Below, piece after piece: positions 18,822 through 28,818 of a stretch of DNA of 63,561 nucleotides; position 1 is the stretch's first letter, and every line of letters begins with the position of its first letter. The stretch covers positions 1 through 63,561 of the forward strand of contig JAHFNO010000004.1 in assembly GCA_023267275.1 (NCBI GenBank), written 5' to 3'. The notes beneath the pieces were generated by a model that was not told the DNA's origin, searched no databases, and saw only the letters and a list, made by a program, of their open reading frames with translations. The stretch comes from Candidatus Nomurabacteria bacterium. GTDB taxonomy: Bacteria > Patescibacteriota > Minisyncoccia > Phycocordibacterales > UBA9973. Both the position numbers and the translations under genes were made by a program.

Positions 18822-18942
18822 ATATTAATAAATACGTATCCCCTATAGTATATATGCAACTACCTGTAAAGCAAAGCAGGAATCCCCTCATTGCTAAACA
18901 AAAGGTATTGTGGTATAAAAACAACAACCAAAATTCCTTACC

Positions 18943-19482
18943 ATGTTTGACGATACATACTTGGGTATCATCACCCTTGAAGATGACAACGGTCTTCCCA
19001 GGATTGCCGCCGGAAGACAGCATGATAAAAAATTGTGGCGCATCAAAACCTCGCTGAATTCTTGCGGTGATGTTCGTGAATGGGACGTGGTGTGCGGAGT
19101 TGAAAATGCTTATCAATCGGTAAGCACGATTTTTTCAACAAAAAATGCGATTCGTTCGCATTGCAAACCAAACAAGATATTCAATTATTCTTTTGAACCT
19201 GCCGGAAATTTTTTTACAAAAAGAAACAAAATGATTGAGGACTTCAAAGGAGTTATTCCTGAATCATTTAAGGAACATCTTCCGAGTGTTCTCGATTTTA
19301 TTGCAAAAATAGCCGTGCAGTCAGAAAGATCATTACTCATTGTGGTAAACAGATCAATGGCCAACATGATAGTGGCATATTGTCCGCTTGTTGAAGACCA
19401 AAGAATACTGAAAGAAAAAATACTCCAACCAGGAGACATTGTATTCTACAAAAATAATAAAGCAAAAATAATACGAACGTAA
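18943..19482 (+). CDS. Orphan hypothetical protein
   Basis: 179-aa ORF; terminator aaaaagtagtgaata-g-tattcactacttttt follows. Confidence 0.6.
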   Translation: MFDDTYLGIITLEDDNGLPRIAAGRQHDKKLWRIKTSLNSCGDVREWDVVCGVENAYQSVSTIFSTKNAIRSHCKPNKIFNYSFEPAGNFFTKRNKMIEDFKGVIPESFKEHLPSVLDFIAKIAVQSERSLLIVVNRSMANMIVAYCPLVEDQRILKEKILQPGDIVFYKNNKAKIIRT

Positions 19483-19551
19483 AAAGTAGTGAATAGTATT
19501 CACTACTTTTTTATTTGCCAATTAAGAAACAGCTGTTTCTTAATTGGCAAA

Positions 19552-20355
19552 TTATTTTTCCCCTCTCGTCTTCCATTCATCAATTTTCTTGGGGTCGCCA
19601 GAAAGAAGTACTGGTGGAACCTTATACTTTTTGCTTAAACCATGCTTCGCATGTTCAGCCGATCGTCGCCCAAGCGACGATTTAGGCCTTTCACTATTAT
19701 CAACTATCTTTCCATTTTTATCTAAAAGATATTTATTGTGCCAAAGCAATATTTCTGGTCGTGTGTAAAATTCGGATGAGGAAACACGCTCTTCTTCGAG
19801 CGAATCAAATTTGCCAAGCACGCCGGGGATTTGGCGAGAAATAGAATCAATGAGCACCATGGCTGGCAATTCCCCACCTGTGAGCACGTAGTCACCAATA
19901 GAAATGTCTTGCGCTTTTAAAATCTTTGCCACACGAGCATCAATACCTTCGTAGCGACCACAAATTAAAATAATATCCGTAAATTTTTTGGAAACTTGCT
20001 TAGCGTATGGAGTATCAAACTTTTGACCTGAAGGTGAGAAATTAATTATTTTAATTTTTGGCTTGCTTTGAACTTTCGACTTTCGACTTTTGACTTTCTT
20101 AAGGACGGCTTCAACTGCCTTAAGAACTGGCTCCGCGCGAATAATCATACCAGGTCCACCACCGTATGGTCGATCATCCACGATTTGTGACATATTGCCG
20201 TCTGGCCAGACGCGCTTGTATTTACCCGTCACAAATTTGCGCGGATTTACAAAGGTCACCTGTATTCGTTTTTCCTTGATTGCTCGCCCGACAATCGATT
20301 CTTTCAAATAGGAATCGAATGCTTCAGGGAACAATGTAATTATATGAAAATTCAT
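19552..20355 (-). CDS. trmD: tRNA (guanine-N1)-methyltransferase with in-frame repeat insertions
   Basis: MNFHIITLFPE, VDDRPYGGGPGM, CGRYEGID, SIGDYVLTGGELPA, VPPVLLSG. Confidence 0.96.
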   Translation of the reverse strand: MNFHIITLFPEAFDSYLKESIVGRAIKEKRIQVTFVNPRKFVTGKYKRVWPDGNMSQIVDDRPYGGGPGMIIRAEPVLKAVEAVLKKVKSRKSKVQSKPKIKIINFSPSGQKFDTPYAKQVSKKFTDIILICGRYEGIDARVAKILKAQDISIGDYVLTGGELPAMVLIDSISRQIPGVLGKFDSLEEERVSSSEFYTRPEILLWHNKYLLDKNGKIVDNSERPKSSLGRRSAEHAKHGLSKKYKVPPVLLSGDPKKIDEWKTRGEK

Positions 20356-20391
20356 AACTAATAGCTTATAACAAATAGGAGGAACAAACAC

Positions 20392-20448
20392 AATCACCAC
20401 CCCTCATCACGAGTACGTGTTGTCCCCTCCTCGACAAGGAGGGGAAGA
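20392..20448 (+). repeat. 57-bp CCCCTCC..GGAGGGG palindromic element, copy 1
   Basis: aatcaccacccctcatcacgagtacgtgttgtcccctcctcgacaaggaggggaaga; identical to 21750-21806. Confidence 0.9.
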
Positions 20449-20461
20449 GCTCAAATGCAAA

Positions 20462-20905
20462 TTATTTTTTCTCAACTTTCAAATTCACAATCCTTTTTCC
20501 ATCTTCGCCAAAACGAAATTCGGCAGAGAATGATTCGCCTTTCAAAAAATGAGGATACCAATGAATATCATCTGCCCACATTTTTTCGTATGGAATTTCA
20601 TCAAAGGCAAACCATTGCGGTTTCATTTCTTCGGTCTCGATCGGCTCGCCTTCCCATTCATCAATACGATACACAATAGCCTGCTGATCCCAATCGGGTT
20701 TATCAGTAAAATAAAAATCGATGGTTCCCAAGTGTTTGAGATTTTCTTTTGGAACACGAATGCCACTTTCTTCTTCAATCTCGCGGAGAGCTGCATCTTC
20801 GACTGATTCACCAGGATTCAATTTTCCACCATACCCGTTCCAATTTCCTTCACCAAATCCGCGTTTCTTCATCGCAAGAAGAACTTTATTTTCTTTCACA
20901 AACAT
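20462..20905 (-). CDS. NUDIX hydrolase, MTH1/8-oxo-dGTPase-like
   Basis: KKRGFG..WNGYGGK..GES..AALREIEEESG; EEMKPQWF, MWADD. Confidence 0.88.
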   Translation of the reverse strand: MFVKENKVLLAMKKRGFGEGNWNGYGGKLNPGESVEDAALREIEEESGIRVPKENLKHLGTIDFYFTDKPDWDQQAIVYRIDEWEGEPIETEEMKPQWFAFDEIPYEKMWADDIHWYPHFLKGESFSAEFRFGEDGKRIVNLKVEKK

Positions 20906-20972
20906 AGCGAGAGTTACAATGGCATAAATGTAATGACTAAATCATAATGTCTAATGTCTAAAAAACAAGTCT

Positions 20973-21024
20973 GGATCCTGAAACTCCAAGAGTGAATCTG
21001 CTGATTCACAAGTTCAGTGATAAC
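20973..21024. repeat. GATCCTGAAAC-AAGTTCAG hairpin element interrupted by a 25-nt nested hairpin
   Basis: ggatcctgaaac[tccaagagtgaatctgctgattcac]aagttcagtgataac. Confidence 0.65.
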
Positions 21025-21030
21025 ACAAAA

Positions 21031-21062
21031 CGCTAGAGCCTAAAGCCTAGCGCCTAATGCCT
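21031..21062. repeat. Heptamer array (GCCTAnn) containing the ABC ATPase stop
   Basis: cgctagagcctaaagcctagcgcctaatgcct; a further array taatgactaaatcataatgtctaatgtctaa at 20931-20961. Confidence 0.75.
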
Positions 21063-21740
21063 CTGCCCGTTCATTATATCACTCACGATTTTTCCGTCTG
21101 CCATTGTGATTGTACGATGTGCAAGTTTTGCATATTCTGGTTCATGCGTCACCATCACGATCGTTTGTCCTTCGCGATTGAGATCGATAAATGTTTGAAT
21201 CACTTGATCGGATGTTTCCGAATCGAGGTTTGCAGTAGGTTCATCGGCAAAAATAATTTTTGGGTCATGACCTATTGCTCGGGCTATGGCCACGCGTTGT
21301 TGTTGTCCCCCAGAAAGCTGACTCGGGAGATTGTTCATACGATCGAGCAATCCTACTTTTTCCAAAGCTTTCTTTGCTTTGATTTCAGCTTCTTCTTTAC
21401 TATACCCCTGCATCAAAAGCGGCACCACGGTATTTTCAAGTGCAGTGAGTGATGGCAAAATAGCGTAATCTTGAAAAATATAACCGAGGTCGTTGAGGCG
21501 AGTCATCGTGCGATCGTTTTCAGACATCGGCACCATATCCACTCCATCAATCAAGACTTCCCCACTCGTCGGCAAGTCGAGCAGACCGAGCTGATACAAC
21601 AATGTTGATTTTCCAGAACCCGATTTTCCAGTCACGGTGAGAAATTGTCCTTCAGGTACTGAAAAACTCAAATCGTTGAGCGCAACAACTGTTTGATCAC
21701 CGGAGGTAAATATTTTTGTAAGATTTTTTGCGGATATCAT
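21054..21740 (-). CDS. ABC transporter ATP-binding protein (MacB/LolD-like)
   Basis: GKSGSGKST, LSGGQQQRVAIARA, ADEPTANLD, VTH. Confidence 0.93.
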   Translation of the reverse strand: MISAKNLTKIFTSGDQTVVALNDLSFSVPEGQFLTVTGKSGSGKSTLLYQLGLLDLPTSGEVLIDGVDMVPMSENDRTMTRLNDLGYIFQDYAILPSLTALENTVVPLLMQGYSKEEAEIKAKKALEKVGLLDRMNNLPSQLSGGQQQRVAIARAIGHDPKIIFADEPTANLDSETSDQVIQTFIDLNREGQTIVMVTHEPEYAKLAHRTITMADGKIVSDIMNGQRH

Positions 21741-21749
21741 GTGTTTTAT

Positions 21750-21806
21750 AATCACCACCCCTCATCACGAGTACGTGTTGTCCCCTCCTCGACAAGGAGG
21801 GGAAGA
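21750..21806 (+). repeat. 57-bp palindromic element, copy 2
   Basis: Identical to 20392-20448. Confidence 0.9.
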
Positions 21807-21809
21807 AAT

Positions 21810-23087
21810 TCACCGTCCAAGAATAGCTGATAGCGTGTTTTGTTTGATAACAATCTTTGCCGGAATATATCCAGCAATCACAGTTGTAACAAGAAGGATT
21901 GCTCCACGTAACAACGTACCCGTTACTGTTGCTACGAGAATACCGTCAGAAAATGGGAAATTGATTGGATGCGCAGTAAAGTATGGCTTGATTACCAAAA
22001 ATGTCATCGCCATTCCAATGGTAATTCCAAATACAGCGTATATAAACGCTTGATACATATACGAATACAAAATTGCTTTTCGATTGATTCCAATACCTTT
22101 CAAAATACCAATAAATCTTCGGCGTGTAATCGCGTTTACGAAAATCACAATAAAAATGGTAATCGATGCCACGATGAGTCCAATACCAGAGATAGCATTC
22201 CCCAAAATATTGAATGTACTCTTCATATCTTGCAAGAATTTTGGAAATGCTTCTTCGGCTGTTTGAACGCGAGCATATGTGCCAACACCGCTATCGAGCA
22301 AAAATTGTTTTGCTGCCACTGGATCGGAACCAGGCTGAAGCTGGATTGCGATTGTTGATGCGTTCAAATCGGTGCGTCCGGTCATTTTGCGCACTTCACT
22401 GTCGAGTGCCACTACCGAACTATCAAACTCATCTACTTTCGAAGAAAGAATTCCTTTCAAATAATATTCTTTTGAGACAGATCCGGAAGTCACCAAAATG
22501 CGTGAGCCAATGGAAACATTTTTCAGTGTTTGAAATCCTGGCGCTTCAATAGGAGTAAATTCATACAACAAATTTTTTCCAATCAAAATACTGTCCTGAT
22601 CTTGTGGCGTTAGATATGATCCACGAATAACAAATTTTGAAACACCAGAAAAAGAATCTTCTTGTACTGGATCAATACCAAGAAATGTAGCTCCTGCACC
22701 ATCACGCACTTCGCCAGGTTTCAGTGTGGAACGATAGTTGGACTCGACACGAGCACTTCCACCAAAGCGTACTGTGTGATTTTTGTATCCAGGAATCGTT
22801 TTGATTATTTTTGTTATTTCAGATGTGTTTTCAATATAGGCGCGATTGATAAATGAAGAAACAATAACGTCACCAATGCCATATTTCTTTTGCGCATCTT
22901 CCGAACCTTGAATAAGTCCGACGAGAATCCCTGACACAACTACGAGATTGAGAAAGGTAAAAGTCATCACGGCAACAATAAGCATTGTTGTCCATTTGTT
23001 TGCCTGCTTGATATCACGTTTTGCGAGATACCATCCCACTTTTGCATTTTGGGAGAATGAATTTTCTATGCGGATTCTATCAGCCAT
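21810..23087 (-). CDS. ABC transporter permease (MacB/FtsX-like)
   Basis: N-terminal TM, large extracellular domain, RRRFIGILKGIG motif, 3 C-terminal TMs. Confidence 0.88.
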   Translation of the reverse strand: MADRIRIENSFSQNAKVGWYLAKRDIKQANKWTTMLIVAVMTFTFLNLVVVSGILVGLIQGSEDAQKKYGIGDVIVSSFINRAYIENTSEITKIIKTIPGYKNHTVRFGGSARVESNYRSTLKPGEVRDGAGATFLGIDPVQEDSFSGVSKFVIRGSYLTPQDQDSILIGKNLLYEFTPIEAPGFQTLKNVSIGSRILVTSGSVSKEYYLKGILSSKVDEFDSSVVALDSEVRKMTGRTDLNASTIAIQLQPGSDPVAAKQFLLDSGVGTYARVQTAEEAFPKFLQDMKSTFNILGNAISGIGLIVASITIFIVIFVNAITRRRFIGILKGIGINRKAILYSYMYQAFIYAVFGITIGMAMTFLVIKPYFTAHPINFPFSDGILVATVTGTLLRGAILLVTTVIAGYIPAKIVIKQNTLSAILGR

Positions 23088-23089
23088 AG

Positions 23090-24625
23090 CTATTTTCCGA
23101 GTGCTACCCGTTCGCCTGCCGTGAGACCATTTGTGATTTCAATCATATTGCCGTCTCCCAAGAGTCCAGTGGTGACTTTACGAGTTTCGAATTTGTCATT
23201 TGCGTCATCAAGAACAACACGGACATACGTACCGTCTGCACGAATATCGAGTGCAGCTTTAGGAATAGCAAGTACGTTCGGATGATCCCAAGCAATGATT
23301 GTCATATTTGCATTCATGCCAGGGCGCACAGAATCTTTTGATGGAGCTTGTTGCGTACTGTCTGTGGTAACACTATTGTCTACCGATACTTTGATTTTGT
23401 AATTGACGACACCATCACTTGTTGTAGACGATGGATCAATTTCAATAACGGTTCCGGTAAACGCCACACTCGGACCAAAGGCATCGAGTGTCATGGTGAC
23501 CGGTTGATTGAGTGCAACTTTTGCGATATTTGTTTCATTGATATTTGCCTCTACATGCAAATTTGAAATATCTTGGAGGACAATAATTTCTTTTTGCACA
23601 TCGGCACGTTCACCTATTTTTGTATCAACGTGAGTAATTGTTCCCGAGGTTGGAGCACGGAGAATAGTATTTTCATACGTTGCTTGCGCTTGATCTACTG
23701 TGGCTTGCGCAGCAGCGAGATCGGCAGGGCGTGCACCTGCTTTTTTCAAATCAAGAGCTGCCTGTGCTTCGTCCACGGCTGCTTGCGCAGCCGCTACCGC
23801 GCTGTCGTGAGTCTTGATTGCGTTTTGATATGCATTGTATGCACTCAGGTATCCAGATGAAGAAGTGTTTGGTAGTGAGAGCGTCCAAATAGTATTTTGA
23901 CTAGAAGCAAAATCGGAAGGAAATTGAATATAGAGTCCTCTTGTTCCAAGTGGCATTGGTGCCGTTGTGCTCACAGTACCCGTACCAGATTCCAATCCGG
24001 AGTAGGTAAAATAACCACTTGTCCCAACAATATGTGGAACAATAACATATGAGCCTTCTGTAGTGTCAGCATAACTACCAGTAATAGTAGGTGCGGTACT
24101 TGTATTTCCTGAAGAAAGCGTTGGCACAAGACTCACATTGAGAAATGCTCGATGCGCATTATCAACGAGCGTATCTTGTGTGCGCTGTGTATTTATCAAA
24201 GAAGTTTGTGCACCGGTGAGAGCTGCTTGGGCTACTGCAACTTCCTCGCTCGAAGAACCATCTACAACTTTTTGATAATTTGCTTTTGTGAGTTTTAGTG
24301 CAGCGTATTCGTTGTTGTTTCGTAGGGTTGCAAGTATTTGACCTTTTTGCACCTTGTCTCCAACAGACACTGGAAGTGTTTCAATAATCCCGCTTGAAAA
24401 AAATGAGAGATTTAAATCTGTTGCAGAAGTCACTTGTCCGGTAGCAAGAACTGTTTGTTTTAAATCGCCGCTCGTTACAGGAACGACTGTAATAGTACTT
24501 GGGGCTTTATGTAAAAATGTATACAGTAAAATGACGACGATCAATCCGCCAAAAACCCAAAATCGTTTTGGATGCGCTGCATAATATTCTTTCACTTTTA
24601 TAAACATATTTTTTATTGTTTCCAT
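23090..24625 (-). CDS. Efflux RND/MacA-type periplasmic adaptor subunit
   Basis: TM anchor, VSVGDKVQKGQILA lipoyl half, LRAPTSGTIT, VRPGMNAN, GLTAGERV. Confidence 0.88.
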   Translation of the reverse strand: METIKNMFIKVKEYYAAHPKRFWVFGGLIVVILLYTFLHKAPSTITVVPVTSGDLKQTVLATGQVTSATDLNLSFFSSGIIETLPVSVGDKVQKGQILATLRNNNEYAALKLTKANYQKVVDGSSSEEVAVAQAALTGAQTSLINTQRTQDTLVDNAHRAFLNVSLVPTLSSGNTSTAPTITGSYADTTEGSYVIVPHIVGTSGYFTYSGLESGTGTVSTTAPMPLGTRGLYIQFPSDFASSQNTIWTLSLPNTSSSGYLSAYNAYQNAIKTHDSAVAAAQAAVDEAQAALDLKKAGARPADLAAAQATVDQAQATYENTILRAPTSGTITHVDTKIGERADVQKEIIVLQDISNLHVEANINETNIAKVALNQPVTMTLDAFGPSVAFTGTVIEIDPSSTTSDGVVNYKIKVSVDNSVTTDSTQQAPSKDSVRPGMNANMTIIAWDHPNVLAIPKAALDIRADGTYVRVVLDDANDKFETRKVTTGLLGDGNMIEITNGLTAGERVALGK

Positions 24626-24686
24626 ATCTACGTCCAGTATATCAAAAACAAAAAAAATCCGCTTGGCGGAATTTTTTTGTTTTAAA

Positions 24687-26585
24687 TTATTTTTGACCAC
24701 CGCGACCAGCTTTTGAGCGATCGTTTTCAGTGAGCAATTTCTTGCGCAAGCGAACAAAGTGCGGAGTGACTTCAAGATATTCGTCGTGGTTCATGATTTC
24801 AAGACCGCGCTCGATAGTGAGCTCCCATGCAGGGTTGAGATACATTGCTTCATCAGATCCAGATGCGCGAACGTTTGAAAGTGCCTTTCCTTTGATTGGG
24901 TTTACCATCATGTCTTCGCCCTTTGATGTATTTCCCACAATCATACCTTCGTACACTTCAGTGTTGTGCACGATGTACATTGTTCCACGATCCTGAAGAT
25001 TCCAAATAGAGAATCCTGCAGCTGCGCCGGTAATCATAGATACCATCGCACCCACTTCTTTTTTCTTGATTTCTCCTGCCCATGGACGGAATCCGATCAC
25101 GCGTGATGCGAGAATTCCCTCTCCTTTTGTATCAATAACGAATTGGTTTCGGTAACCGAGCAATCCACGAGTTGGGATTTCGATAAGAATACGCGCGATG
25201 CCTTCTTTTTCGTGCATTGAAGTGAGAAGTCCACGACGCTTGGTGAGTGTTTCAATAACAGCTCCTGAGAATTCCATTGGAACGTCGATTGTTGCCTCTT
25301 CATATGGCTCGCATTTTTCTCCATCGATTTCTTTGGTAATAGCTTTTGGTTGTGACACTTGCATTTCAAATCCTTCACGACGCATTTGTTCGAGAAGCAC
25401 GGCAATGTGCAATTCTCCGCGACCGGCTACAGCAAACCCTTTTTGGGTTTGCTCGCCCGACGCTTTAGCGTTTAGGGAAACCTCATTTGCCTCTGAGTCG
25501 AAGTCGACACGAAGACCGACGTTCACCTGAAGTTCGCGTTCGAGACGTTCACGAATCTGACGTGAAGTTACAAATTTTCCATCGCGTCCAGCAAATGGAG
25601 AATCGTTCACGAGGAATGAAAGTGTGATTGTTGGTTCGTCGATGGTGATTGTAGGAAGTGCGGCAACAGAATCTGCTCCAGCGATTGTCTCTCCGATATA
25701 TACATCAGAAATACCAGCGATGATACCGATGTCTCCAGAAACGAGTTCGGAAACTGGTTCACGCTTTTGTCCGATGAATGAAAACATTTTTGTAATCTTT
25801 GCAGTACGAGTAGTATCGCCGTGTTTTACAAAGATTGTCGAACCATCTTTAATTGTACCGTCGTATACGCGACAGATAGCAAGACGTCCGAGGAATGAAT
25901 CGTACGCGAGGTTGAATGCCTGTGCACATGCAGGTGTATCAACATCACGAGTAGCTGATGGCACGATTTCAAGAATCATATCGAGAAGTGGTGCGAGATC
26001 CCCGCCCGACTGAACGCCGTCAGTCGTTCGGGCAGGTTTTGAATCACCTACCTGTGCAGGCAGGTCAGCGAGATTCCGCACTGCTATACCCTGGCGACCA
26101 ATTGCGTACACAGTTTTAAAATCGATTTGTTCATCGTTTGCACCAAGCTCCAAGAAAAGTTCGAGAACTTGTTCGTGCACGTGTGCAGGATTTGCAGCTG
26201 GCTTGTCGATTTTGTTTACCACCACGATCGGTTTAAGACCGAGTTCGAGAGACTTTTTCAAAACGAAACGTGTCTGTGGCATAGGACCTTCTTGCGCATC
26301 CACAACGAGAAGCACTGTGTCGATCGAACGAAGCACGCGCTCTACCTCAGAACCGAAGTCGGCGTGTCCTGGTGTGTCAACGATATTGATTTTTGTTCCC
26401 TTGTACATGAGAGAACAGTTTTTTGAATAGATAGTGATACCGCGCTCTTTTTCAAGATCGTTGGAATCCATCGATGAAGCAGACTCATCCACCGCACCCG
26501 TAAACTTCAAAAGAGCATCGGTAAGAGTAGTCTTGCCGTGGTCAACGTGGGCTATGATAGCTATATTTCTAATATCGGTTGTCAT
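24687..26585 (-). CDS. typA: Translational GTPase TypA/BipA with in-frame palindromic insertions
   Basis: IAHVDHGKTT, DTPGHADF, NKID, GRGELH, RGLLGYR. Confidence 0.97.
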   Translation of the reverse strand: MTTDIRNIAIIAHVDHGKTTLTDALLKFTGAVDESASSMDSNDLEKERGITIYSKNCSLMYKGTKINIVDTPGHADFGSEVERVLRSIDTVLLVVDAQEGPMPQTRFVLKKSLELGLKPIVVVNKIDKPAANPAHVHEQVLELFLELGANDEQIDFKTVYAIGRQGIAVRNLADLPAQVGDSKPARTTDGVQSGGDLAPLLDMILEIVPSATRDVDTPACAQAFNLAYDSFLGRLAICRVYDGTIKDGSTIFVKHGDTTRTAKITKMFSFIGQKREPVSELVSGDIGIIAGISDVYIGETIAGADSVAALPTITIDEPTITLSFLVNDSPFAGRDGKFVTSRQIRERLERELQVNVGLRVDFDSEANEVSLNAKASGEQTQKGFAVAGRGELHIAVLLEQMRREGFEMQVSQPKAITKEIDGEKCEPYEEATIDVPMEFSGAVIETLTKRRGLLTSMHEKEGIARILIEIPTRGLLGYRNQFVIDTKGEGILASRVIGFRPWAGEIKKKEVGAMVSMITGAAAGFSIWNLQDRGTMYIVHNTEVYEGMIVGNTSKGEDMMVNPIKGKALSNVRASGSDEAMYLNPAWELTIERGLEIMNHDEYLEVTPHFVRLRKKLLTENDRSKAGRGGQK

Positions 26586-26805
26586 AATTCTCAATTATTA
26601 CTTTTCTAAAAATGGTAAGCGATGCCTGCCCGGTAGGGAGCGCCGAGCGCATTCGGTGAAGGCGGTCTCCTTCGAGATTTCTGATATCTGTCATAAGTAG
26701 TATAGATTAAAATAAAGCCCTTGCGGGGCTAGTTACGTTCATAACAATAACACTATTTTTTAAAAAAGGCAATAAAAAAGCCCCGCAACTATGCAGGGCC
26801 TAAAA

Positions 26806-27579
26806 TTAAAAAAGGAATCCTACCACAGACCCAGGCACATACTTATCAATCAACTCCTTATTACCTCGAGGAAGTATCGACATTCGAAATTTATCTTCCA
26901 CAACAATAAAAGGAAATGATGGATTATTCTCATCTACTTCATTATATAGTGTACGTCCACAAGGTATAAGATACTGTTGACAATTTTTTATTTTCCTAAT
27001 TTTCGATTTCGGAACATCGTTAAATATATCTATCACTCCATATTTCCAAAAAAGAAACATGAGATAGAGAAGGGTTCCTCGAAGAGTATGTCCCTCACTT
27101 CCCCCTGGTTCCATTTTGACTATTTTCAATTCTTCCTCCCTGCTTTTTGCTCCGTACAACAAAACAGATCGATATCCGTCAAGATTTGTGTATTTATCCT
27201 TCAGCACATCAAAACTACTTTGCACCGGTATAGCCATTCCTGTTGAGACCTTTGCATTCCAGGCATTTAATATCTGCACGATTGTCAATTGTTCTGGACT
27301 AGGCAACAGCATTAAATCAGCACCATGTTCAACATTAAATTCAACCATATTATTTCGGTCAAATTTATAATAATCAAGATTAACCTTATAATCAAAAAGG
27401 TCGTCAAAAAAATTTGACCATTCCTGAGACTTCCAAATCTTTGGATTATTTGGATTCCCTCCAGTTAGTAAAATCTGCAATTGTGCAGAGCAGAGCCCGC
27501 CGTTATCAAGGCGCGTAGCAAGATCTTTAAGCAAGCCGGAACTTCTATGATCCGGAAAGCTACTGAACAGTGTTTTCAT
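26806..27579 (-). CDS. Orphan hypothetical protein
   Basis: 257-aa AT-rich ORF with promoter and terminator. Confidence 0.65.
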   Translation of the reverse strand: MKTLFSSFPDHRSSGLLKDLATRLDNGGLCSAQLQILLTGGNPNNPKIWKSQEWSNFFDDLFDYKVNLDYYKFDRNNMVEFNVEHGADLMLLPSPEQLTIVQILNAWNAKVSTGMAIPVQSSFDVLKDKYTNLDGYRSVLLYGAKSREEELKIVKMEPGGSEGHTLRGTLLYLMFLFWKYGVIDIFNDVPKSKIRKIKNCQQYLIPCGRTLYNEVDENNPSFPFIVVEDKFRMSILPRGNKELIDKYVPGSVVGFLF

Positions 27580-27644
27580 TCAGCTAAATTTAAATGTTAA
27601 ACAATAAACCTATCGTTTTCCACACTACATCCAAAAACATACTC

Positions 27645-27683
27645 TGTCAAAAATACAAAAAGCTCCCGTTTGGGAGCTTTTTG
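27645..27683. repeat. 39-bp terminator + -35 direct repeat, copy 1
   Basis: tgtcaaaaatacaaaaagctcccgtttgggagctttttg; identical to 28476-28514. Confidence 0.9.
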
Positions 27684-27753
27684 GGTTATGACTTCAGCCA
27701 TTTACATCATCCGATATAGTATTAAAAAAGAGATAGCAATGCTATCTCTTTTA

Positions 27754-28413
27754 TTATTTTATCGTTTCAAAAAATAAACTCTTTGAACCAAGTAAATATG
27801 GACTATGGTTTGGCATAGCCAGATTTGGTTCAAAATCATACAAAAATAAACAATTATAACCAAAATCATGTTCAAACGGCTCTTCTTCCGTTACATCAAT
27901 ACAGAGCCATCCCAATTGGCCATTTTTTTTCTTAACAAGAAACATATAATCTCCACCGGTAGAAAGTATACATGGACAATTTAATCCACCAGGAAAAAAT
28001 CCACACATAAAAGCAATGTGTACTATGGTAAATTCAACATACAGATTGTATTTGATAATAAAGTCCAAGAATTCTTGTTGACTCATAGCATTTTTGAGTT
28101 GAAGAGTTGTGTCTCCTCCAAGCTGTTCGTAAGACGGCCAGAGAAACTTTTTTTGATTACGATCAACATCTTCGTGAATTTTATACCTTTGACAAACAAC
28201 TGCCGGACTATTAAGAGAACGTCTATCAAACCAATCGTTAAATTTAACCTCATCGATAGTACTGAAACGATTGCCTTTTTTAAAATATTCTTTGAGGTCA
28301 AAATTATTCGTTTCAGGAATCTCCACCATTTCATTCAGTGGAAAACTTTTTGGACGTTCCTTGTGCCCTTCAGCATTGCCGGCATTAGCAAGAGTAACTT
28401 TTTGAGTACACAT
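27754..28413 (-). CDS. Orphan hypothetical protein bracketed by 39-bp direct repeats
   Basis: 219-aa AT-rich ORF; own terminator at 27724-27752. Confidence 0.65.
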   Translation of the reverse strand: MCTQKVTLANAGNAEGHKERPKSFPLNEMVEIPETNNFDLKEYFKKGNRFSTIDEVKFNDWFDRRSLNSPAVVCQRYKIHEDVDRNQKKFLWPSYEQLGGDTTLQLKNAMSQQEFLDFIIKYNLYVEFTIVHIAFMCGFFPGGLNCPCILSTGGDYMFLVKKKNGQLGWLCIDVTEEEPFEHDFGYNCLFLYDFEPNLAMPNHSPYLLGSKSLFFETIK

Positions 28414-28475
28414 ATTATTTTATTTTTAAGGCGGGGTTGAAAATTTTTCTTCACATTACTCCCTAATCAAAATCT

Positions 28476-28514
28476 TGTCAAAAATACAAAAAGCTCCCGT
28501 TTGGGAGCTTTTTG
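28476..28514. repeat. 39-bp terminator + -35 direct repeat, copy 2
   Basis: Identical to 27645-27683; variant third copy at 28912-28940. Confidence 0.9.
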
Positions 28515-28529
28515 TATTTAGAATTTTCT

Positions 28530-28818
28530 TTAATCTTCCGTAAGCGCAATTCCAATCTTATCAGCGAGTTGCTTTATCCATATCATCATGACGATTCAAC
28601 TGATGAACGATGCCCGTGTATTCAAGTTTAAGATCATTTATTGCTTTAGCCATAGAATCACAAGAAACAATAAGCCCTTGAACTAACTCTCTCAAGTCAC
28701 TGATATCTGATTTGACTTCTGCTACATCCTGTCTAACAAGAGCCACATCGGTTTTCACTCCGACAATTTCTTCTTTGATGACAGTTTGTATTTTTTTGAT
28801 ATCTTCATCTGTAAGCAT
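28530..28818 (-). pseudogene. Small coiled-coil protein with a frameshift near its C-terminus
   Basis: MLTDEDIKKI..QLNRHDD; skipping 1 nt near 28581 restores WIKQLADKIGIALTED-stop. Confidence 0.55.
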
